A DNA stretch of 64,000 nt from Lama glama (Eukaryota): the NCBI GenBank assembly GCA_028534125.1, contig CM052817.1, forward strand, positions 8,620,001 through 8,684,000. Direction: 5' to 3'. The notes beneath the pieces were generated by a model that saw only the letters and a program-made list of their open reading frames with translations, made no database searches and had not been told where the DNA came from. The position numbers were made by a program, and so were the translations under genes. Positions 40,691 to 53,445 of the stretch are shown in pieces. Each line of letters opens with the position of its first letter. The first letter of the stretch is position 1.

Positions 40691-41159
40691 GAAGGATTTA
40701 CAGCCTTACCTTGCTTGTGAATTTATTGGACTCTGTGGCATAAAAGGCAGAAGTATGACTTATTCTCTTGTACCTTAATCTACACAAAACGTCAAAGTGC
40801 CTGCAAAAAATCCATCCCAGACATCACTAACAACATTCCCTTGGAGACTGCTGGAGTCAGCAGTTTCTCAGATCACTGTATTTTAGAGACCTTCAGATTA
40901 TCAGGATGATTTACCAGGTCGTTAAGGTAATGCTTGGATTTGCTAAGCAATGCAGATTCCATTCCTCCTGCCACTGAGAACTGGCTGGTCAGATTTTCCA
41001 TGTTGCTCCTAGAAAAGGCACTAGCCTGGAAGTCAGGGATCTGGGTTCACGAATCTTTCATTCAAGACTACAGTCTGTGTGCCTTCCATCCAAAGGGACC
41101 ATTCCTGTCCCATGTGGTCAATGGTCAATCAGGGAGGACATCCTGACCATGGCTCTCTT

Positions 41160-42060
41160 ATTTATTTATCACTGAAAAATATTGATTAAACTATTTCTGT
41201 GTGTCTAGCACATTTCTTGTTGCAGGTGAACAAACCAAATCCCCGCCCTCAAGGAGCTTACATTCTACTGAGACAATAGACAATGGACAATTATCAGTAT
41301 ACATTTGTACTAAGTCAGACAATAAAGAAAATATCAAAGGGTCAGGGTAATGGGATGTACTTGGTGGCATTTTCTATTTAGGTCAGTTTTTCAGGAAAGG
41401 TCTTTCTGCTAATGTTATACTTGAACAGAGACCTGAGTGGGTTGAATGTCTAGATGTTAATATACCTGGGACACACACTTTCTGGGGAGAGAAACTGCAA
41501 GTAAAAAGACATGATGCGCAAGAGTGTCTAACATGTTGAAGGAAAAGCACAGAGACCAGGTGGCAGAAGCAGGGTGAGTAAGGTGGGTGCGGTGGGAAAT
41601 AAAAGATTTGAGAGTAAGGGGTCCAAGCCAATGAGAAGAATTTTCTTTTCATCTGAGTAAGATGGTACTTGATGGAGGCTGACATGATTTGTTTATCAAA
41701 TGAGTCACTCTTGTTGCTGTGCAAAGAGCCCCAAGGAGCAAGGGTAGAAGCAGAGAGAGCAGGGAAGGGGCTGCTATCACAACAACCCAGATGAAAGACG
41801 ACAGTAATTGGGACTGCTTACTGAGCATTTATCAAGGGTTTGGGTCCAGGCATTCTTTAAAGTTCTTTCCATGTGTGTCAATCTACAAGTACTCACAATA
41901 GCTCTATGAGGTAAGCACTAATGCTGCATCTATTTTAGAGATGAGAAAACTGAGCCATAGAGAGTTTAAATAATTGTTGCAAGCCACACAGGTCATTGGT
42001 GAATTGGACTAGTATTGTGACCTTGAAAGTGATTGGATGCCAACAGGATGTGCTGATGGA
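41160..42060 (-). mobile_element. L2 fragment (antisense) interrupted by a MIR at about 41810-42000
   Basis: ccctcaaggagcttacattcta...ttgaacagagacctga...catgttgaaggaaaagcacagagaccag. MIR core ctatgaggtaagcact...ttttagagatgagaaaactgagccatagagag. Confidence 0.7.
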
Positions 42061-42477
42061 TTTTTTTTTTTTTACTTTTTCAATAATCATAGCTCCCACT
42101 TATTAAATACAATATGCTGACTTCAGGTCTAAGCTCTTAACATAAATTACCTCATGTAACTTTCCCAACCATTTTATAAATTGGCTACTGTTATTCTCCA
42201 CAATTTACAGTTGTGGAAATAGAGTTAGAAAATTTGAATGATTTTGTTAACAGTCATAGCTGGCAAGTGCATGAGGTTTGTCTGACTTCATAGCCTAAGT
42301 GACCAGGCACTGGACTTCCCCACCCTTCCCCTTGCCTGCTTCTCCATTCCTATATTTACTCAGGACCTTTGCATCAGTCTCTAGTCTTTGAACTTGAGAA
42401 TTCGATTTGCTTTGATGTTACTCCCTACAAGGACCTTTTTCTTTTTCTTTCTTTTTCAGTTTTTACTCTGTATTTTC

Positions 42478-42540
42478 TATATCATATCATATCATATCAT
42501 ATCATATCATGTATCATACGCCATCCATCATATCATATCC
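42478..42540. repeat. (ATATC)n pentanucleotide repeat
   Basis: tatatcatatcatatcatatcatatcatatcat. Confidence 0.9.
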
Positions 42541-42549
42541 AGTTATATG

Positions 42550-42911
42550 TACTGTGGACTGAATTGTGTTGCCCCATATTTATATGTTGCTGCCCTAACA
42601 CCCAACATGATGGCATTTGGAGATGGGAGTCTTTGGGAGATAGTTAGATTTAGATAGGTAATGAAATGGTCCCATGATGGGACTAGTGGTCTTGTAAGAA
42701 GAGATATCAGAGAGATTGCTCTCTCTCTTCATCATGTGATGATGCAGTGAGAATGCAGCCATCTGCAAGACAGGGAGAGAGTCCTTACCAGAACCCAATC
42801 GCTCTGGCTTCCCATCTTAGACTTTCAGACTCCAGAACTGTGAGAAAATAAGTTTCTGTTGTTTAAGCTATCTATGCTATTTTGATGTGGCAGATTGAGC
42901 AGACTAAGAAA
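42550..42911 (+). mobile_element. MLT1A/MLT1A0-like MaLR solo LTR
   Basis: tactgtggactgaattgtg ... ctccagaactgtgagaaaataagtttctgttgtttaagc ... gactaagaaa. Perfect 5-bp TSD ATATG at 42545-42549 and 42912-42916. Confidence 0.88.
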
Positions 42912-44769
42912 ATATGTATCATATAATATCATGTACAATATAATTATATATGATGTGTTATATAATAATTTATCATATTTATTTTCTGTTAGTGTATTCT
43001 TTTTTTGTCTGCCTGCTTCATCATTTATCTCTTGCATATTATCTAGCACATAGCAGGCATACAATAATATTTGGTGGGTGCATAAATGAATGAATGAATG
43101 AACCTAATTCCAGCCACCCTAAATAACCACCATTCTTAGTGAATGGATTTGCCAACTTGGCTCCAGTCCGTTTGCTCAGTGTCTCTACGGAGCCTTCCTT
43201 TGGATTCAGTGCAAGATCCAACCCATTAGCTCCTCAGTCCAACCAATGCATTTAGTCCATCAACATTCCCTGAGCTAATCCCAGGCCTGCAACTACCTCC
43301 CTCAAGGATCTTGGGCAAGTCATTTCCCTCCTTGAGCTTCAGCTGCCGCTTCATGACCGAGTGAAACTCTGAGCCAGATAAAAAATCATCATCTGAGACA
43401 AGATTAAAATTGCAAAGAGGAGGATACATCAGGAAATCTTCCAAGTCAGTAATTCACCCTGAGAATAAAGTAGTAATTCTCTGTGTCCAGAGCTGTGGAC
43501 GTAGGGACAGAGAAGGCTGCCTGATTGCCTCCAGCTGCCAAACTCCAAGTCTGGGAAATTTGTCAAACCCTAAGCTGTGCTTTGTAATCTCTTTCAACAG
43601 GCTGCTCATATAGAGACGGTGTGGATCGATTTGTGGTGCTGGAGTGCTTGCACCCTTTCCGGAGGGGCAGTGCACTTGAATATTTAACAAGGCAGGTAAA
43701 AGTCCTAAATGGGGGGTGGAATTGAGTTGGGTGGTTTGGGTCAACCACGACCTGGATTATAAAACTGAAAAGAGAAGAAGGACATTTTTTATTGATTCGA
43801 GACCAATTTTTTCTTGCTTTATTTGCTGCTTTAAATCTATGTACTTTGCTCCTAGTGGCTTCCTGTCTGGATAATAGAAAAACACTTTCTGTAAGTGTTT
43901 AACTTGACAGGCTTCCATTTGTACCTGGGCTGCCAAGAGCCACTTGTGGCTCTCATCCTGTATGTTTACAAGTCTCTATATATCCAGAATTCATTTGTTT
44001 ATCCAGCATCTATTCATCTATCCATTTGTCTATTCAGTCAGCTCTGATTGAGTTCTTAGTATGTGCATGAAAAAAAATCTTGCTCTTTGCAAAAAATATG
44101 AATAAAAATGTTTCTGCTCCAAAGAAGGTCTGATAGAGTGGGCACACTAAACAGGAGACACCAGCAATGTATTGTGTGATGTGTGCACATCCCTCCAGAA
44201 AGAATGGACATAATTCAGCCTGACTCAGATTGGCTGCCAAGTAAGCCATTTCAGCATATATGTCTCTGAGTTGTTCTCTACTCCTTTTATCTCAACACTC
44301 CATTGTCAAGTAGGCAAGTAGCTGAATATCTTGAGGAGTCTGCTTCCCAAACTTAGTTGATTAGACTAGATTTTAGTAGGTTCCCTGGCATCCAATCAAA
44401 ACGAACTTCTAGAAATCTAGTCTTTTCTTTGCCAGGGAGGTGGTGTTTCAGAGTGGCTAAGAGACTGTCTTTGAAGTCAGACAGTTCGAATTCAAATTCT
44501 GAATCAACTCTGGAAAAATACTGGGAACTCTTTATACTAAAAAGGGGAGTGGGTGTGGTTGTTGCAAACTTCTTGGTGTCAGAATACTTCGTTCTTGCAG
44601 CTGATAAATCAGCTTGGCCAGGCTATACCACCTGCCCCGGAATTTCTCTTCTGTTTTATGTTTCCAGCTGGGCTGGGCCACAAGGAATATTCTCCCAGGA
44701 GAATTAGGGAGTGGGAAGGGAGGCTGTAGTCATCTTATAGCAATACAGAATTTTTCCATTATTTAAGCA

Positions 44770-45757
44770 AATACTAGTCTTAGTGCTTTTGTATAGGGAT
44801 TTTATCAATGTGATATAAAGTTCCAAAGTCATTGATTATTTTTAGTTAATCAAAAGAGAGACCATTGTGGGCGGGTGTGACTTAATCAGGTGGAAGCCCT
44901 TTAAAAGGAGTCTAGGGTCTTCTCGATAATCAGATACTCCAAGCATTGCGTGGGCTGACATTCCTCTCTGAATCTTCCCTTCCTAACTGCTTGCCCAGGC
45001 TTGCTTAGCCAGTCCCTAGAATGGTGGATACCTATTTCCTATTCCCTGTGCATGTGTATATGTACTTACACACACAACCCCTGTATATATGAATATTCAC
45101 ATATATGACACGTACAATGCACATATGTATATATACACACATGTGTATATGTATATATACATGCATGTGTGTGTATACATACTACATATGTACTGTATAT
45201 ATACTGTGTTTATCTGATTCTGTTACCGAGTCCAAACTCATTCTGCTCACTGCATGACAGGCCAATGAATTGGGCAGGAGACAAGGTGTTGGGGCAGGAA
45301 TAATGACTTTATTTGGAAAGCCATCAGACTGAGAAGATGGGAAAATAATGACCTAGAGAACCATCTTCCCTAAGTCAGAATTCAGGCTCTTTTTATACTA
45401 AAAAGGAGTGATTGGTTGTTGCAAACTTCTTGGTGTCAGAATCCTTTGTTCTTGCAGCTGTCTACGTAGGTCAGGTCATAATGCCCCTGTAAATCTCCAA
45501 CAAGACAAACGTTATTCTCTGTTTGTCTCTGTATGAATGGGAAAGTGTTATACCCTTAAAGGTCAGAATCTTGAGAATAGGCTCTCCTGTATATTTCCGT
45601 CTCTAGGCAACATTCTTGTACAAAAAGTGCAAAACCAGCATGACTATGCACAGGACCAGAGCACAGGGCTGGAGCTGAAGAAACAACTCTAATATGGAGT
45701 CAGATTTGTTCTTCAATATTTTAATTCTGCTCCTCTAGTTGAAGCCTACCTAGTACT
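44770..45757 (+). mobile_element. MLT2E/F-like LTR with internal purine-pyrimidine microsatellite, split by an ERV1 LTR
   Basis: ttaatcaaaagagagaccattgtgggcgggtgtgacttaatcaggtggaagcccttt; TA/CA tract at about 45050-45210. The 3' end ctgattc|tgctcctctagttgaagcctacctagtac is interrupted at 45221-45723. Confidence 0.65.
45221..45723 (-). mobile_element. ERV1-class (MER41-like) solo LTR
   Basis: Starts tgttaccgagtcc, carries a reverse poly(A) signal tttatt and ends aatatggagtcagatttgttcttcaatatttta. 4-bp TSD ATTC at 45217-45220 and 45724-45727. Confidence 0.75.
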
Positions 45758-46297
45758 TGTGAGCATACATTGTAGTTCAGGCCAGAAGGCCTCCTGCAGG
45801 AAGTGAGTTGAAATTTGAAGGATGAACAGAAATAGGAATGAGCTAGAAGGAAACACTGTGTGTGGTCTGGGGCAGAGTGGGTGTGTCTAGAGATGGAAGG
45901 GGAGGAAGTGAGGTTGGAGATTGTGGCAGAGGCAAATGTTGAGCAACCATCAAATTATGGTGTTTCTTATTTTGTTTGTTTTAGTAAGACTGCACAGGGA
46001 ATTAAGAAAGACAGGAATTTAGTTCCAGCAACCGCACAACAGGTGCCACAGAGAACTGAGCACCACTATTCAGGATACAACTGAGGTTCTGATAGTCTAA
46101 TAAACACGTAATTTAATTCCTGCATTTCTGCCACTTGTTACCTGCTCTTCCTTCTTAGTAATTCATTAACATCTCCACAATTCAAGACTTACATTTACTG
46201 CCTTTCTTTAGGTATTTCTCTACAACTTCCTCTTTGTACCATAGAGACTAACAGGCGATATAATTTCTGGTCATGAGTTTGTCTGTCTCTATCAGGC

Positions 46298-47024
46298 TGT
46301 GATGAGAAAACAGCAATTCTGAGTTGCTGCCTAGGCATTTTACCTTGTGACAACCCTGCTCACACTGAGTGTGGACATTTACACAAGGACCTGAGCTTAG
46401 GACTCCTGCCCTAAGTGTCTGTTTCCTGGGGGCACATTTTGTTGTACTTTATTTTATTTTTTAATTTTTAATGTTTTAAATTGAAATGTAGCCAATTTAC
46501 AATGCTGTTTATCTAAGAAAATGACACAAATGAACTTATTGTGAAACAGAAAAAGACTCACAGACATAGAAAGCAAACTTATGGTTACCAGAGGGAAAGA
46601 GGGGGATAAATGGGAGTTTGGGTTTTGCAGATACTAACTACTATGTATAAACTAGACAAACAACAAGGTCCTATTGTATAGTACAGGGAATTATATTCAG
46701 TATCCTGGGGCACATTTTAAAATAATCATTTGGAGTCCAGCCCATGAAAAATTAGTGACCTCCGCCCCAACCACCTGGTAAGTAATAGGTACTTTTTACT
46801 CTGCTTTCTGTCTCCTGTTCACTTGCTCATGACCTGAGACAGAGGACTGCTTTTCCCCTGGCTCATTGCAACCCCATTTCCCATTTCTAGTACTGGGAAG
46901 TAATAAACCTGTGACTTTACTTCCTTTATGTGAATATTGAAGCTGCGCCTTTTATCAGAACAACCCCAGGGTTTTTATTTCCTCAAAGAGGGGCTTGGAT
47001 GCTAAGGGAGCTACTTACCAACCA
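46298..47024 (+). mobile_element. Solo LTR of unassigned family (probably ERV-L class), containing an L1 insertion
   Basis: Begins TGtgatgagaaaacagcaattctgag, has AATAAA at about 46902 and ends near ...ttaccaacca. Family not recognised with certainty. Confidence 0.5.
46441..46702 (-). mobile_element. Short L1 with 5' inversion (twin-priming structure)
   Basis: Antisense poly(T) plus L1 3' terminus at 46441-46511, joined to sense L1 3'UTR at 46512-46702. TSD tcctgg(g)ggcacatttt at 46424-46440 and 46703-46718. Confidence 0.88.
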
Positions 47025-49559
47025 CTTGTGGTGCGCTTGTGCCTCCTCGTTCAGCAGGTCAGAATCTGCATCTCCTTAACTTAATACATCAGTGATGGGT
47101 CCTCCAAAAACATAGCATTAACCAATGGAAATGTCTAGTTTCCGGTTCATTACAAACTGCTAAAACCCTTTTACCAAGATGTTTTCTTTGTATTGTCATG
47201 TTTTACTGTTCTCTTCTTGGGAGGAGGGGAAAAGGGTCTACTTTTTTTCTATGTATTTTTGTGTTAGAACACTTAATCCTTACAATTTTTGTGCAGAATA
47301 CTCCAGATGTTCTACTATAGAAATGTTCTCCCCATCCACCTCTTTCCCAATTGCCCCCAGTAAACATGAAGTTGCTATTTTACTTACTCTTCTAAATACG
47401 GAGCTTCCCTCATTTGTTCACTGCTCTGGCTCTGTGGTCTCTTCCTTTATCCTGTGAAGGGATGGAAAGAGTCATTTCCTCACTGGAGTCCATGTAGAAA
47501 CAGGGGTTTCATTTTCCTTCCTTTGTAACATCATTAAATATTTCCTTAGGCTATCAAAAAACTGGAGTTTGATTATCATATAGTTTGATTAGGGAGCAGA
47601 GTGTAGGCTTTGCCTCTAAGAACTTGTCTACATAGTGCAAGTCTCAACATTCAAAAGAGTCAGGACCAACAGTGAAGGCATTTCTCCTTCGTCAGAAATT
47701 CTCAGAGCCAATAAAGGACTCCTTTCCCCTCAAAACATGTGTCTCAGCCACAATTCTGCAGATGCAAAGGGCTACCGTTTAATGAGCAAAATATTCTTTT
47801 TCTGGAAGTGGCAATAATAGTAGTGTTACCATTTATGGCCGACATACTGCAAAAGCATGTTAAAATCATAATATTATCTTAATTAAGTTAGACCTTAAGT
47901 GAGTTAGAAATAGAAGAGCATTTCTGTAAATAAAGTGCACAGTCGATGGCTGTGACACCATTCAGAGTTTTGTTATTTTTAAGTACCTGCAACTTTCTGT
48001 TTTGAGGTATTGTTTTGAGGAACGATCAGCTTTCAGAGTGTGTGCTCTGTTGAAGAATTTGTCTCTACCAAACCAGTATTTACATCATTGTCTTAGCTGT
48101 ACTTTCTCAATGGTGACTAAGTGACCTTTGGATCATGCACCCTAGTTTGTGTTTGTGCAGTTTTGAAGAGAGTGAACCAAAAGGTAGTGAAGTTTCTTCC
48201 AGCTCTAAAATTCATGATAATCCTGAACACTGAAGCTCTTTAAGAACAAAAGTAGTATTAAAAAAATGGATAAACAAAAATCACTCTTCTTGGCCCTCAA
48301 TAGAAAGCCCTATATTCATCATTACCAACAACTACATTTTACTGAGTGTTTGACATATCCAGGAACAGAACAAAGCTTTGCACTTCCACACATTCATTAA
48401 ATTCTCAGACCAGCCCTGGAAAGTATGATCCTTATTTGACAGCTGAGTCAATAGAAGCTCACTGATAAAGCTTGCCTGGGGTCACATGGCTAAAAAGTGC
48501 AAGAGTTTGAACTGGAACCTAGAGGGGTTAAACCTTTGTAACTGTGAAATGTGGTATGCAGAGGCACCTGGAAGTCCTTCCATTTGTCACCCCACCTTGC
48601 TTTTTCCCTGTGTTTGTGACACTTTTTAGTCAGACCTTAGAAATGGCAATATAGATTGGTTTTAGAAAGGCGATGCATGGGGCTTCTAAGCACAGAAATT
48701 CATCCTAACATATTTTTACAGTTTGTTTGAAAGCTGCCATGTCCCCCTGGAAATAGTGGGTAAAGAAAAAAATATATACACTCAGGTTTCTGTGATTCCA
48801 TCATGGGCTATCCAAGGGCCATTCAGAGACGTTCATTGTTTCCTTTGCCTCACCTTGTCAATATTTGATAATTGTAGGAGGTGACAGTAGGGAGAAAGCC
48901 AACCTCATTTGCAAGATGGCTGGAACCCACCTTCGTAATTGCTAATGATGGAAGTAAAACCAAATGTTAGTGAAGCGATGGAGGCTGCATATCTGAACAT
49001 AACAGCTGATTCAGGGACCAGGAGGTGTCAGAAAAGAAAGGGGTATCAGTTGCGTTCAAGACCATTAAAAGGTCCCTGTTTAAAGTCTTTGAGGCTGGAA
49101 TGAAAAACCAAACCACACCACACCAAACACAAAAATCAGACTCGGAGCCACTGAAACAGGCTCTAGGAACCCCAGTCACTTCAGCACTGCTAAGACTAGT
49201 ATGGAGGTCTCAAGGTATCCATCAAACAGCATGTCACGCCTCCCCAAACTTTGTTCCACACATTTCACACAGCTTTGATATTAAAAGTCACTGGGAAGTG
49301 TAAGCAAACAGAATGATTACAATAGTATAAAGTGGAAAGCAAAATCATTCTTAGGTTTGAAATTAGAGATTAGAAATGAAGTAACTTGCTTACTGCATTG
49401 GCTGTGCGGACTTGGGATAATCACTTGGCCCCTGTAAGGCTTGCACTTCTCATTTGCAAAATGAGAATGTGAAAAAACTTCTCTTGAAAGCTTACTCTGT
49501 GCAAACAGGGAAACGAAGAAGGTCAATAAAATTCCTATCGTAGATGCCGTATTTGGAAG

Positions 49560-49890
49560 GAGTGGAGGCCGCTTGGCACCTGGCTGCTTGCGTTAACTGG
49601 TTCTTTTCTTTTTTATGTTCTGGGGCTTTGCTGACTCTGGAAAGGCTGCGTCTTCCAGGGTTAGCCAACTCACTCACCACGCACAGTTTTCAAATGCAAA
49701 CTAATCCATCTAGACTCCACTCCCCAACCACCTCCTTTATTGGCTTCTCATACTTTGAGCCCCTATTTACCTGCTTTAATCACTCCAGGTACCAGACATC
49801 TGGCCAGGCACCAAAGAACAGCTCCTCTGCTACTGAGCCTGCTGAGATTATTCGAACTCATCAGTTCCAAAGCTGTTTGGCTTGCTAGAA
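49560..49890 (+). mobile_element. MER74-like (ERV-L) LTR fragment
   Basis: tgctgactctggaaaggctgc...ttcaaatgcaaactaatcc...ccaggtaccagaca...gagcctgctgagattattcgaact. Confidence 0.6.
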
Positions 49891-50465
49891 TCACTACGGC
49901 TACTGGGGTCTATTTCTCTTTACCTTTTCTCTGTTCACACAGACTCTTGTTCTCAATGGGCTTCTCATAGACAGGCCAAGATATCTTGCTATAGAATCGT
50001 GTTTCTCTGGTCATTTTATTCTGTCCTTCTATATGTGCCAGTGTGAAACTTATAAGAACCTGTTGCAGAGAGAGGCACACTTCTCACTTCCTGCACCGTC
50101 CTGCCAGCCAAAGTGATCCCTATGGGTACCTCTTCTGAAAGGAGCTCATTTAATCCAAGACTGGCAGTCCAACTCTACAGTCCAGGGGGTCTGGCAATGA
50201 GATGCTGGCAGGAATTACATAGTGAGACCTTAGGTCTGTTGAGTTTTCTTCCCACCTCTTTCCCTCCCTTCCCTGGTATATACCATTTTAGAAAAAAATC
50301 ATTCGTTCACTTTAATGTCACACCTTTGTGCCAGGCACTGTGCCCAGTACTAAAGATACAGATACAAATGAGTTGCTACCATTGCAGTCAGGACTGGTTG
50401 CTCCAATTGTTGGTCAAAATGAATAGCTGTGCATACAGATGTTCCCCTATTTCAAGTCTTAAATA

Positions 50466-50965
50466 NNNNNNNNNNNNNNNNNNNNNNNNNNNNNNNNNNN
50501 NNNNNNNNNNNNNNNNNNNNNNNNNNNNNNNNNNNNNNNNNNNNNNNNNNNNNNNNNNNNNNNNNNNNNNNNNNNNNNNNNNNNNNNNNNNNNNNNNNNN
50601 NNNNNNNNNNNNNNNNNNNNNNNNNNNNNNNNNNNNNNNNNNNNNNNNNNNNNNNNNNNNNNNNNNNNNNNNNNNNNNNNNNNNNNNNNNNNNNNNNNNN
50701 NNNNNNNNNNNNNNNNNNNNNNNNNNNNNNNNNNNNNNNNNNNNNNNNNNNNNNNNNNNNNNNNNNNNNNNNNNNNNNNNNNNNNNNNNNNNNNNNNNNN
50801 NNNNNNNNNNNNNNNNNNNNNNNNNNNNNNNNNNNNNNNNNNNNNNNNNNNNNNNNNNNNNNNNNNNNNNNNNNNNNNNNNNNNNNNNNNNNNNNNNNNN
50901 NNNNNNNNNNNNNNNNNNNNNNNNNNNNNNNNNNNNNNNNNNNNNNNNNNNNNNNNNNNNNNNNN
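50466..50965. other. Assembly gap (500 N)
   Basis: Run of exactly 500 n. Confidence 1.
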
Positions 50966-51357
50966 GGACTGGTTGCTCCAATTGTTGGTCAAAATGAATA
51001 GCTGTGCATACAGATGTTCCCCTATTTCAAGTCTTAAATACTAAACCCTTCATTTTATACTACATGAGATCAGGGTTAGACTGTCTAGAAGGTGACCCAC
51101 TGTTAAGGGGAGAAAGAAAAGCACATACAACATATGATATGAAGTAGGAGGTAAGGACCATGAGAAAAATAAAAGCTAAGTATAGCTGATATTTGCAAGA
51201 AGAGAGTATATATTTTGGGGAGGCAGGTGATATCAAAAATATCAAGAGAAAAAAGACTTTGTGAAGAAGTTTGCATTGAACAACTGATGTGATTTCAAAG
51301 TCATGAAATAAAAATGGAGAAGTTTTTAGAATAGTGAAGAAGCAAATCAACACATAG

Positions 51358-51770
51358 CATTATGAGTTGACCTATGTCCCTCCTTCCCCTAATACATATG
51401 TCTAATCGTAACCCCCAGGACCTCAGAATGTTACCTTATTTGGCAATAGGCTCTTTACAAAGGTAATCAAGTTAAAGTGAGGTCATTGGTGTGGCCTCTA
51501 ATCAAAAATGACCTGTGTCCTTATCAAAAGGGGAAATTTGGACAAAGAGACAATGCACAGAGGGATGGCAATGTGAAGGCAGGTAATGAGAAGAGGCCAT
51601 CTACAGTCCATGTAGAGAGGCATGATTCCCTCCCAGCTCTTAGAAGGAGCCAGCCCTGTTGACATCTTGATTATGAACTTCTAGCCTTCAGCACTAAGAC
51701 AATACATTTTCATTGCTTCAGCCACTCAGGCTGTGCGAGTTTTTTATGGTAGCCTTAGCAAAGTGATGTG
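51358..51770 (+). mobile_element. MLT1B-like MaLR solo LTR
   Basis: cctcagaatgttaccttatttggcaatagg...aggtaatcaagttaaagtgaggtcatt...ccttatcaaaaggggaaatttggaca. Near-TSD catag / catgg. Confidence 0.85.
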
Positions 51771-52128
51771 CATGGAGGTTGGGAAGTATACTTTGGGAGG
51801 AGGCAAGTAGAGCCTGGGGCATGTAATGTGGACAATATGAATAAGGCTGGAGAGACAGGATGGGTCACACTGATAATACCAGAGAAAAACAGTGTGCATT
51901 TAATTCAGTGGGCAGATGACATTTAAAGAACACTTCTGGGTAGGAAAGAGAAGTGTTAGAAGGAGGATCTAGTGTTAGTATATATCTAGAGTATATATAT
52001 ATACTGTATATATATACTATATATACATATAGAGAGAGTGTGTGTATGTATATATATATAGCTTGAAATTACTACTCAGAGTTCTTGCTGCAAGTGTAAG
52101 GGATTTATTAAGAATTCTACTTAGTTAT

Positions 52129-52465
52129 TGTCTTAGTCAGCTTGGGCCACCATAACAAAACACCATGGACTCAGTTCTGGAGGCTAGAAGTCTAAGACTG
52201 AGGTGCCAGCATAGCTGGTTTCTATGAGAGCTTTCCTTCTGGCTTGGAGATAGCCACCTTCTTGCAGGGTCCTCACATGGCAAGAGACAGAGAACTCAGA
52301 GTCTCTGGTGTGTCATCTTATAAGGGCACTAATCCCATTCTGAGGACCCCACCCACATGACCTAATCTAAACCTCATTATCTCCAAAGGCCACATCTCCA
52401 AATCTATGTTGGGAGTTAAGGCTGTGACTCTTTAATTTTGGTAGGACTCAAGTCAATCCACAGCA
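52129..52465 (-). mobile_element. MLT1A0-like MaLR solo LTR
   Basis: tgtcttagtcagcttggg...cagttctggaggctagaagtctaag...tcttataagggcactaatcccatt...tcaatccacagca. Confidence 0.85.
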
Positions 52466-52559
52466 TTGTAAAATGTCATTATACATTTCTCACCATAGAT
52501 TTAACTGTGCTGTATTAAATTATCCTTCCTACTATGATTTCCAAGATATATGATTTAAG

Positions 52560-53445
52560 AAAAAGTATGAGCTGGAAAAAGAGGCAAATGGATGTTACCT
52601 TTCATTTTTAAAATGGGTATTTGAAAGTCAGTGTATAATAGTTTATTTAAAACAAGGAAGAGATAGAAGGATAAACTATTAATATAAAAAAAAGTTTATC
52701 CAATTTTTTTGGTAAAGTATCTTGTCATTACAAGAAGCAAGGAACACTAGAATGTCCAGAATTACATTAAAGAGGATCGGGAGTCAAATCAGCAGCCCTA
52801 GGCAAAGAAAGGACAACTGAAGCGTCATTAAAGATAACAGTTGTGATGTGTTCATATTCATTACATTTATTTAAATGCATTAGCAGGTAATAGGCACAAA
52901 AAAGCAAAAAAAAATTGATAATTTTTCTGTATATTTTCCCATTATTATATATTTTGGAAGATACCAGTGAATCATCTTGTTATGTTGAAAGTTAGTAAAT
53001 AAAGGGAAAGAAAAAACTATTTATTTTGCCCTGTTTAACAACCTGTATCTCAGATTAACTAAATACCTGATGAAAGTAAATTTCTTCTTGTAGGAACATT
53101 TCGGCTAGTAAAGAAATTAGGAATGACAGAATATGACAACTTTTGTAACTGCTAACGGATTTGTGAATCATGGCAAGGATCATTCATGACTACTAAATCC
53201 CAAAGAGACAAAATGACACTGAGAGTTACACAGTACCACCTGTGAAGCAATCTTGACCAAACATAAAACCTGAGTATTATCAAGCCTCTAGATATAAGCA
53301 CCAACTAATAGGAACTATAAACAACCATGAAGACATAGTCACTAAGACCAGATTGTGGGGAACTCTACATATTGCACAGGAAGCTGAATTTGATATCTTG
53401 TAGTACCTATAATGAAAAAGAATATGAAGATGAATATTTAAAAAC
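52560..53445 (+). mobile_element. Old L1 (L1MC4/5-like) 3' region, ending in a short younger L1 3' scrap
   Basis: gaaagttagtaaataaagggaaag...caccacctgtgaagcaatcttg...aaacctgagtattatcaagcctctagat; scrap gcacaggaagct...ataatgaaaaagaatatgaa at about 53370-53440. Confidence 0.6.

Noticed and set aside
42478..42540. Short direct repeats as a possible CRISPR-like array (also 56536-56578)
   Set aside because: Simple tandem repeats without unique spacers, in a eukaryotic context.
50113..51001. Longest ORFs (177-294 aa)
   Set aside because: Their length comes from read-through of the 500-N gap.
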